DNA of 64,000 nucleotides from Oligoflexia bacterium (GTDB lineage Bacteria; Bdellovibrionota; UBA1018): NCBI GenBank assembly GCA_903935335.1, contig CAIZRG010000051.1, positions 130,433 to 194,432 of the forward strand, read 5' to 3'. Shown piece by piece: positions 57,497 to 64,000 of this stretch (position 1 is its first letter; each line of letters starts with the position of its first letter). The notes under the pieces were generated by a model. It saw only the letters and a program-made list of their open reading frames with translations, ran no database searches and was not told where the DNA came from. The position numbers and the translations under genes were made by a program.

Positions 57497-58246
57497 TTAG
57501 GGTAACTTTTCTCGATGAATTTTCTCATCTCCTAAAGACCAGGAAAGAAAGGAGCCATGAAGACGAGGAAAACCAATATTGACGTATTGAGCTTTCCGAC
57601 CATCAATCATGAAAAACATTTCGTCTAAATCATGGCAATGCCCCATCACAACGAAATCAAAGCCTAAAGCCAATTTTTCTGCTGCATAGCTTCTAAAGAT
57701 TTTTCTCAAATACTCCATCCGCAATAAAGGCATATCGCTCGAAACCATCCGCTTTCTTTTTTTGCTCTGGTAACTACTCATTTTTCCAATTCGGTCAATT
57801 AAAATACCCGGAGCTAAAGATACAAAAAGCCGAATCATCCAACTTCTCAAAAAAAACCTGAGCACTCGATAACCATAATCTTTTCGATCCACAGTATCTC
57901 CATGAACAAAAAAGAACCGCTGTCCGTCCAACTCTAGACTCACCTCATGTGAATGCACCCTAACTCTGGGCATCTTTGAAAACACCTGTTTTAGAAAAAA
58001 ATCATGATTGCCTTCAATATAATGAACTTCGACCCCTCGAACTGAAGCATCAGCAACAGCCTCCAAGAAATTTTGATATCGCCTGATAAAAACAGGCTTG
58101 TCACCTACAAAAAGGTCAAAAATATCACCCACCAAAACCAATTTATCCCCTGAAGTCGCTCGATCTCGAATCAAAACAACCAAGGACTGATAAAGGGGAT
58201 CGTCGGATCCAAGAATGTGAAGATCAGAGATTGCAAAAAGAGTCAT
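57497..58246 (-). CDS. lpxH: UDP-2,3-diacylglucosamine pyrophosphatase LpxH (calcineurin-like phosphoesterase)
   Basis: Metallophosphoesterase motifs ISDLH, GDIFD and GNHD, in the LpxH arrangement; 249 aa. Confidence 0.75.
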   Translation of the reverse strand: MTLFAISDLHILGSDDPLYQSLVVLIRDRATSGDKLVLVGDIFDLFVGDKPVFIRRYQNFLEAVADASVRGVEVHYIEGNHDFFLKQVFSKMPRVRVHSHEVSLELDGQRFFFVHGDTVDRKDYGYRVLRFFLRSWMIRLFVSLAPGILIDRIGKMSSYQSKKRKRMVSSDMPLLRMEYLRKIFRSYAAEKLALGFDFVVMGHCHDLDEMFFMIDGRKAQYVNIGFPRLHGSFLSWSLGDEKIHREKLP

Positions 58247-58266
58247 CCCCTTCGGACTTAACGGCT

Positions 58267-58659
58267 CTAGAGCTTCTGATCAAGGATTTTCCCACAATGA
58301 CGCCCATCCCTCGAAGTTTCTTGCCTCAAACGAAGAAATTCTGCTTCCGAAAAACTCCGAACCACATTACCTGCTGGATCTTTAAGGATGATTCTTAAGC
58401 CTGGACCATGCCCTTCTTGATTCAGATATAAACCTAAGTTCTGACTCAGGATATCCGACTGAAAAGATCTAATCTCTTGATCTAATTTCTCTGGGTTTAC
58501 TTCTGGATTTGACTCTAATTCTTGATTTTTTTCATCTGCTTGATCTTCTTTTCTGGAATGATCTTGGCTTGGATGCTCTTGCTGAGTATTGAGTTCAACT
58601 AAATTTTTACGGGAAAAGCCCACTCCGTTAAAAAACCGGCTTAAAGGCTGAATCTTCAT
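58267..58659 (-). CDS. flaG: FlaG-family flagellar protein
   Basis: 130 aa with a C-terminal GLRIILKDPAGNVVRSFSEAEFLRLRQE core. Lies downstream of and co-oriented with flagellin. Confidence 0.6.
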   Translation of the reverse strand: MKIQPLSRFFNGVGFSRKNLVELNTQQEHPSQDHSRKEDQADEKNQELESNPEVNPEKLDQEIRSFQSDILSQNLGLYLNQEGHGPGLRIILKDPAGNVVRSFSEAEFLRLRQETSRDGRHCGKILDQKL

Positions 58660-58878
58660 GATGAAACCCTCCTCCCTTGAAATGTCGGGCAGATCTCATA
58701 TAAACTTAAAAAATGAACCCCCCCAAAAGCTCGGCATCTTCTGGGGGAGGGTGGGTTGATAGAAACTCATGCCCCAGAGAAGCTCATGAGTTCGGACGCA
58801 CTTGTTCAAGCAGCTATAAGACTTTCGCACGGAATAATTGATTATAATAAACAGGATTAAGCTAAACCCTTGTTCTTA

Positions 58879-58925
58879 TAGAATAAAGACCGGAAGTCTG
58901 AAGATTTCTAAACTTCCGGTCTGGT
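58879..58925 (-). terminator. rho-independent terminator of the flagellin gene
   Basis: Perfect 11-bp inverted repeat AGACCGGAAGT / ACTTCCGGTCT with a 14-nt loop. On the minus strand it is followed by a T-rich run (TTTATTCTAT), 14 bp after the flagellin stop codon. Confidence 0.8.
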
Positions 58926-58938
58926 GATTGAATTAAAA

Positions 58939-59772
58939 TTAACCGATAAGCTTAAGCGCCATCATGTTATTTTGGTTGGCTTGACTGAGGACTGAAACAC
59001 CTGAGGAATTTAAAATGTTGAACTTTGCAAGCTCCGCTGTTTCTGCCGCCATATCAGTATCTCGGATACGGCTATTTGCAGTAGACAGGTTTTCATCATA
59101 AATAGCCAAATTATTAACTGTCGACTGTAATCGATTTTGTAAGGCTCCAAGTTCAGCTCGAGTTTCAACCAAGGACTTCATGGCTGAGTCGATTTGATCG
59201 AGGTTCCCTCGAGCAGCTTCTTTATCTGAGGTGTTTAAACCTTCGATTCCCAACCTGTCCAAAGTGACGTTCGTCTTGGAGGTATCAAACATGAAGCGAT
59301 CTTGTTCATCACTATTATGAACTCCAACCTGAAAACTGAAAGTTTCACCTTCTCCAGCTAAAACTCGTTTCCCATTGAATTCCGTAGAAGCAGCAATTCG
59401 AGTGACTTCTTGCTTGAGTTGCTGAACTTCTTTATCAATAAAACCTCTTTCAGTATCCCCAATCGTGTCAGAAGCAGCTTGTGTCGATAATTCTCTGAAT
59501 CTAATCAAAATATTACCAATTTCAGCCATACCGCCTTCAGCAGTCTGAATCATTGATATTCCATCATTGGCATTTCGATTCGCTTGACGAAGCGATCGAA
59601 TTTGACCTCTCATCGTATCTGAAATGGCTAAGCCTGCAGCATCATCTGCAGCTTTATTGATTCTTGAACCAGAAGATAAATGCTCCAAAGAATTTTTTTG
59701 AGCACTGCCATTTATTCCGAGAAACCGTTGTGCAACAAGTGATTGAACGTTTGTAGCAATTCTAAGACCCAT
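58939..59772 (-). CDS. fliC: flagellin
   Basis: N-terminal D0/D1 domain MGLRIATNVQSLVAQR...SSGSRINKAADDAAGLAI and C-terminal D0 domain LSQANQNNMMALKLIG. Start is placed at M16 (59772) after GAGGGG; the track ORF starts at 59817. The 278-aa protein is short, with a minimal variable domain. Confidence 0.92.
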   Translation of the reverse strand: MGLRIATNVQSLVAQRFLGINGSAQKNSLEHLSSGSRINKAADDAAGLAISDTMRGQIRSLRQANRNANDGISMIQTAEGGMAEIGNILIRFRELSTQAASDTIGDTERGFIDKEVQQLKQEVTRIAASTEFNGKRVLAGEGETFSFQVGVHNSDEQDRFMFDTSKTNVTLDRLGIEGLNTSDKEAARGNLDQIDSAMKSLVETRAELGALQNRLQSTVNNLAIYDENLSTANSRIRDTDMAAETAELAKFNILNSSGVSVLSQANQNNMMALKLIG

Positions 59773-60021
59773 ATATACCCCCTCATCTCCCATGAAGCGG
59801 GAATTTTTCTTTCCCACTTTGAAAGACTGTTTTTTTTATTTTAATAGTTGCGGGAGATTGCTGTACCCCACGCCTTGAAGCACACCTAGCAAGAACCACT
59901 CAAGCTATAAAATGCTTCATTCACATACTAAATCGGTCAAGAATTGAAATAGATTTAGACTTTTTTAGTCAAGAATAAAATTAAACCTGAAAATAAGGAC
60001 ATAATTATTGTAACTCATTGT

Positions 60022-60951
60022 TTATGAATATGAAATTAAGTCAGCTACTTGATAAGGGTCAATACTCCTCTGAACAAGCTGACTTAAAAGATCCTGTCCT
60101 GAAGAGGTATCAAAGGCTAAAAAAACAGACTTTTTTAGTCTTTCATTTAAAATATCAATCACTTCATTTTTTAAAAACTCGAGGTCTTTTTGAGCCTTCT
60201 TACCACTCTGAAAAAGAAAATCTTGATGCTCAGCAATGACCTTTTCTAGCTCGACTACACCCAGGTTTCGAATTCCTTGCGCCTGAATCACAGGGACAAT
60301 CCAACTGCTTTCATCATGAGGTACAAATCCCGCCAGAGCAATCAGCTCTCGAACAAGTTGATCTGCCTGAGGTCGGTCACATTTATTAACAACAAAAATA
60401 TCCGCAATTTCCATCAAGCCTGCTTTCATCACCTGAATGGAATCTCCACTCTCTGGAACCAAAACAACCACTACAGTCTGTGCTAAACGTAAAATATCTA
60501 GCTCTGTCTGCCCAACTCCTGCGGTTTCTACCAAAATCACATCAAAACCTGCTGCATCTAAAGCAAGAACCACTTCTTTTGAAGACAAAGACAGCCCCCC
60601 CTGCTTTCCCCGAGTTCCCAAGGAACGAATAAATACCCCTCGATCACTCGCATGGACCTGCATACGGATCCGATCCCCCAGAATTGCACCCCCCGAAAAG
60701 GGGCTGGAAGGATCAATAGCCATAACAGCTACTTTCTTCCCCTGAGCCCTCAGTTGACTCAGCAAACCATTCACCAAAGTTGATTTACCGGCACCTGGAG
60801 GCCCTGTAATCCCCCAAACCTGCGCCTTACCCGTATGAGGGTAGAGAGACCTTACCAATAAGGGCACATCGGGATCACGATTTTCAAGCTTTGAAATGAC
60901 TCTGGCTAATGCAAGACGCTCACCCTTTAATAGTTCCTGAACCCATTTCAT
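60022..60951 (-). CDS. meaB: methylmalonyl-CoA mutase-associated GTPase MeaB / ArgK family
   Basis: Walker A GITGPPGAGKSTL. Remainder matches the ArgK/MeaB fold; 309 aa. Confidence 0.85.
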   Translation of the reverse strand: MKWVQELLKGERLALARVISKLENRDPDVPLLVRSLYPHTGKAQVWGITGPPGAGKSTLVNGLLSQLRAQGKKVAVMAIDPSSPFSGGAILGDRIRMQVHASDRGVFIRSLGTRGKQGGLSLSSKEVVLALDAAGFDVILVETAGVGQTELDILRLAQTVVVVLVPESGDSIQVMKAGLMEIADIFVVNKCDRPQADQLVRELIALAGFVPHDESSWIVPVIQAQGIRNLGVVELEKVIAEHQDFLFQSGKKAQKDLEFLKNEVIDILNERLKKSVFLAFDTSSGQDLLSQLVQRSIDPYQVADLISYS

Positions 60952-60970
60952 GATTGATCTTCCTTACCAG

Positions 60971-61642
60971 TTAATCCCTGGGGATGTGATACTTTTCTAA
61001 AACACTTGGAGATTCTGGTGAGATCCGGTAAAGTCCCAACGGCTGTGTGGGCTGCACCATGTCCATTGTACCTGAAGGATTGAGTTCTAATTTTCTACAA
61101 AAAATCCAATCACTGAGCTGCTGATACCGATTTACTGCCCAGCGGAGATAACGAGAATCGTGAAAATCTGATAGAAAACTCCTCGCTACTGGAGTTAAAA
61201 ACTCATAGATTGTTAAAATTTCTTTTTGCTTCTCATCAACAAAAGCCTCAGAATTCATTTTTTTCTCAAGCTCGAGCACTTTACTGTAAAAGCACCAATG
61301 ATAGTAAATAGGATTCCGCCGTACTAACTCACGTACCCCCTCAATCCTTTCCTGAAAACTTAAAGTGAGAGACTGTATCTTTCTAAAGTTTGCATCACAA
61401 TCTTTAGAAAATTCTACATCCTTTGGAGCTTTTTCATCTAAAAAAAGAGCTGAAATATCTCCTAGATCCATCCCTGCAGGGTGAGGGACCTGAATATACT
61501 CAGGTGGAGATGGAAGCTTGATCAAACCAACTGGGGTCGTTGTACAACCTGATGTTATGCAGCAAAACGACCCACAGATAATAACCATCTCCGTGTAAGA
61601 AGACAAATCACTGCCCAGGACTAACCTAAAAAGTTTCAACAT
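60971..61642 (-). CDS. hypothetical protein
   Basis: 223-aa ORF with an N-terminal hydrophobic/Cys-rich segment. Confidence 0.5.
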   Translation of the reverse strand: MLKLFRLVLGSDLSSYTEMVIICGSFCCITSGCTTTPVGLIKLPSPPEYIQVPHPAGMDLGDISALFLDEKAPKDVEFSKDCDANFRKIQSLTLSFQERIEGVRELVRRNPIYYHWCFYSKVLELEKKMNSEAFVDEKQKEILTIYEFLTPVARSFLSDFHDSRYLRWAVNRYQQLSDWIFCRKLELNPSGTMDMVQPTQPLGLYRISPESPSVLEKYHIPRD

Positions 61643-61732
61643 GTGGTCAATCCATCAATTCGGAAGTTTTTGAATATCTATTAAACAAAATTTATAAAGA
61701 TAGATCACTAAACTCCGAATAATTAAATAGAA

Positions 61733-62893
61733 ATGGGCAATAGAAAAACTCAAATGATTCATCATTTTTTTTACTTTTTTATTATTCTCCTGATATTTTC
61801 TCAGATGGAGATCACAAATCTCTTAGCAAAAGACTCCACTTCTAACCCGATCTCTCCCATTTTTCAACAAAATTCTCGAGCTAATGGAGCAGAATCAGAG
61901 AGAAATTTCTATGAGGTTTTGGATGATGTTCTAAGCGATTTTGAATATGATTTGAAAAATTCAAATGTTTCAGGACTAAAAGATCTCTCAGTCAGAAATG
62001 TGGCGACAAGCGAAAATATCCCTCCCTCTTTTAAAAACCACTTAGAACTTCTAGTAACTGAAAAAATTTTAAAAAACACAAAAGCTCGTGTCATTCAATG
62101 TTTGGCTTGCAGATCAAGAAAAACAAGTTTAAACGGAGAACAAGTAATAATTACCTCTGCAGACACTAACCCAATGGAGCTATCCAGAATTGCAAAAATA
62201 TCTGGAATTCTTCACTTTCTAGATATTGCTTTTCTTTATCAACCTAGTGGCATCGTCATTTCAATGACTCTATCTGATCCTGACTCAGGAGCAATTGTTT
62301 GGTCTAGAACCTACAACTCTGAGACCTCAAGAGCGGCTGCCTTTCGCCGAGGAATCGATTACAGTCAAATCGATGAAGCAAGAAAACAAACAGAATATTC
62401 TCCTACAGTTCAAAACCGAGTTTCAATTTATTATCTTTTCGAACCTGCACTACCTACTAATACAGGTTGTCTCACCCTAGGTTACCGAATGGTAGAACGA
62501 TACGATAATCGAAAAAAAGAAGTTGGATTTGAGGCAAACTATATGTCAGATGCATCTACAATTATTAATCGATCTGGATCATCAAGCCAAAATTTTTACG
62601 CAGGTTTTGGCCTTAATCTAACTTTAATTTTTCTGCATTCATGGAATTTCATTGGAGAAGAAGAAAACTATAATAATATCCGTGGAAGCTTCTACATGGG
62701 AGCTGGAGGAACTTATGCCTCAGGATTTTTAGGAGGCCTAGTTAGAAGTGGCTATGAATGGAGACTTGGAAAACATTTTGGAATATCAACTATTTTAGGA
62801 TATCGACCTCCTTCAACCGCTTTTTTAAAAGGAACATCGACAGGTCAAGTCAGTGGTGTTGAATATGGCTTAGGAGTAAGTGTGATATTTTAG
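61733..62893 (+). CDS. hypothetical outer-membrane beta-barrel-like protein
   Basis: Signal peptide. Alternating hydrophobic beta-strand pattern in the C-terminal half, with a C-terminal aromatic residue (…GLGVSVIF). Confidence 0.5.
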   Translation: MGNRKTQMIHHFFYFFIILLIFSQMEITNLLAKDSTSNPISPIFQQNSRANGAESERNFYEVLDDVLSDFEYDLKNSNVSGLKDLSVRNVATSENIPPSFKNHLELLVTEKILKNTKARVIQCLACRSRKTSLNGEQVIITSADTNPMELSRIAKISGILHFLDIAFLYQPSGIVISMTLSDPDSGAIVWSRTYNSETSRAAAFRRGIDYSQIDEARKQTEYSPTVQNRVSIYYLFEPALPTNTGCLTLGYRMVERYDNRKKEVGFEANYMSDASTIINRSGSSSQNFYAGFGLNLTLIFLHSWNFIGEEENYNNIRGSFYMGAGGTYASGFLGGLVRSGYEWRLGKHFGISTILGYRPPSTAFLKGTSTGQVSGVEYGLGVSVIF

Positions 62894-62900
62894 GAAAAAA

Positions 62901-63650
62901 TTGATGCAAAAAAAATTTTTCATTTCAATTCTACTTATCTATATTTCTCTTGATCTCGTTGGTTGCTCATCGGCTCGTATTTTGTTTGGAATGAAAAATC
63001 CTGATCGTGTAATGCCTATTGCAAACCCGTTTTACACATACCGTGGATCTGATTCTGGTCAAACAATTATCCTAAGAACAAAAAAAGGGGATCGTTCAGT
63101 GGAATTAGAAATTCCAGGAGATAAAGAACATCTGAGTGATTTTTCAATTCCAGTTTCTCCATCGTTTCATGAATCCAACCGAACTATTGCTTCTCAAAAT
63201 TCAGAAATTGACTCAAATCTTGCTGTTGATGAAAGCTTAAAAAACAAAAATTTTTCCTTATCGGACCAAGAAATTACACGGAGTTTTTCTCAAAGTAGCT
63301 CAGAAATTACACAACAACGAAATGATATCGAAAAAAATCTTAACTTGATCCCACCTGAAGAATCTACAAATTCAGAAAAATCAAGCTACCTCGCTAAACT
63401 TGATCATATTAAGCAACTCTATAAAGCCGCTCGATATGAAGCAGCTCTTCTTGAAATCGATGAAATGATCAGAGAATATCAAACCGATGGAAAACTTTAT
63501 GAGATGAGAGGAACTCTTCTCGATCGCATGGGAAGAAGGGAACTTGCATTGAAGTCATGGAATCAAGCATTAAGATTTTCTCCAAATAACGAAGCACTCA
63601 AGAAATTTGTAAACCGAATCCAAATCCCACCTAAAACACATCCATTATGA
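62901..63650 (+). CDS. lipoprotein with a C-terminal TPR-like segment
   Basis: Lipobox LDLVGCSS. The C-terminus KLYEMRGTLLDRMGRRELALKSWNQALRFSPNNEAL is TPR-like. Confidence 0.55.
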   Translation: MMQKKFFISILLIYISLDLVGCSSARILFGMKNPDRVMPIANPFYTYRGSDSGQTIILRTKKGDRSVELEIPGDKEHLSDFSIPVSPSFHESNRTIASQNSEIDSNLAVDESLKNKNFSLSDQEITRSFSQSSSEITQQRNDIEKNLNLIPPEESTNSEKSSYLAKLDHIKQLYKAARYEAALLEIDEMIREYQTDGKLYEMRGTLLDRMGRRELALKSWNQALRFSPNNEALKKFVNRIQIPPKTHPL

Positions 63651-64000
63651 GAAATTCACTCCTCTTCATCATCGTGATCCAGTCTTTGCTAAGTTGCCAG
63701 AGGGGTCTAGCTAAACTCAATGTCAGTGAAGTCATCCAGAAAACTACAGAACAGCAAATAAGGCATCTCCTTGAGCCTATCCTAGATAAATACTGCCATG
63801 AAGAATGCAAACTCATGAATGTAAATATTACAGTCGATTTAACTCATTCAGAAACACTTGCTCCTGGTTTTGACGATACAGATCTAAAAAATAGTGCTGA
63901 CCTAAGTCCGTCTTCTGCTGTTGTTAAAATTTTAATGAACGATAAAATTGGACCAGTCTCAAGAAGAAAGCTCATCGAGCTCATCCAACAGTACCTAGAT
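63647..64000 (+). CDS. hypothetical secreted protein, 5' part (continues beyond the window)
   Basis: Its ATG overlaps the previous stop codon (ATGA). Signal-like N-terminus MRNSLLFIIVIQSLLSC. Runs open to the window edge. Confidence 0.5.
   Translation, partial: MRNSLLFIIVIQSLLSCQRGLAKLNVSEVIQKTTEQQIRHLLEPILDKYCHEECKLMNVNITVDLTHSETLAPGFDDTDLKNSADLSPSSAVVKILMNDKIGPVSRRKLIELIQQYLD

Noticed and set aside
59820-59960. Sigma-28 (TAAA-N15-GCCGATAA) promoter upstream of the flagellin gene
   Set aside because: Only a partial CCGATTTAG-like match is present on the minus strand, with no convincing -35 element at the right spacing. I could not support a call without a lineage-specific consensus.

Overview
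This 64-kb window appears to come from a low-GC (roughly 38-40% by eye) flagellated Gram-negative chromosome. The gene set suggests a Bdellovibrionota/Bacteriovoracaceae-like organism, but that is inference only; nothing was searched or computed.

Most of the window is core genome.

- Positions 1-25.6 kb form one long minus-strand run: an ABC transporter fragment, type IV pilus genes pilB-pilT-pilC with a convergent pilA, ribF, a YkgJ-type CxxCxxCC protein, type III glutamine synthetase, a complete MoxR/DUF58/BatA/BatBC/BatD aerotolerance-type operon, a giant 1496-aa lipoprotein, dnaB, rplI, rpsR and rpsF.
- Positions 33.6-64 kb carry tatC, a cyclophilin, a double-domain M16 peptidase, an RRM protein, hemW-grpE-dnaK-dnaJ, an LpoA-like lipoprotein, fliD-fliS, a GT9 glycosyltransferase, nadK, recN, lpxH, flaG plus flagellin with a clean terminator, and meaB.

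An accessory island of about 8 kb sits between rpsF and tatC (about 25.65-33.6 kb). It contains:

- a protein that joins about 30 tandem beta-helical hexapeptide repeats (encoded by 18-bp tandem DNA repeats) to a C-terminal C3HC4 RING-finger-like zinc motif;
- a PIN-domain gene broken by a stop codon;
- a polymorphic-toxin locus on the minus strand, ending in a frameshifted and truncated GH24 lysozyme remnant of higher GC.

The toxin locus has five parts:

- a secreted RCC1-repeat protein ending in a Hint (HNC) autoprocessing domain with no cargo;
- a full secreted Hint / pre-toxin / C-terminal toxin protein;
- a DUF4279-like immunity gene and a HEAT-repeat gene;
- an orphan pre-toxin / toxin cassette broken at a G6 tract, with a coupled immunity gene;
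- a third degenerate orphan stub.

The three cassettes share a perfectly conserved 76-bp core inside the pre-toxin coding region, which is the expected substrate for recombinational toxin-tip switching. I consider the Hint-based toxin cassette array and the RING-plus-beta-helix protein the most novel content.
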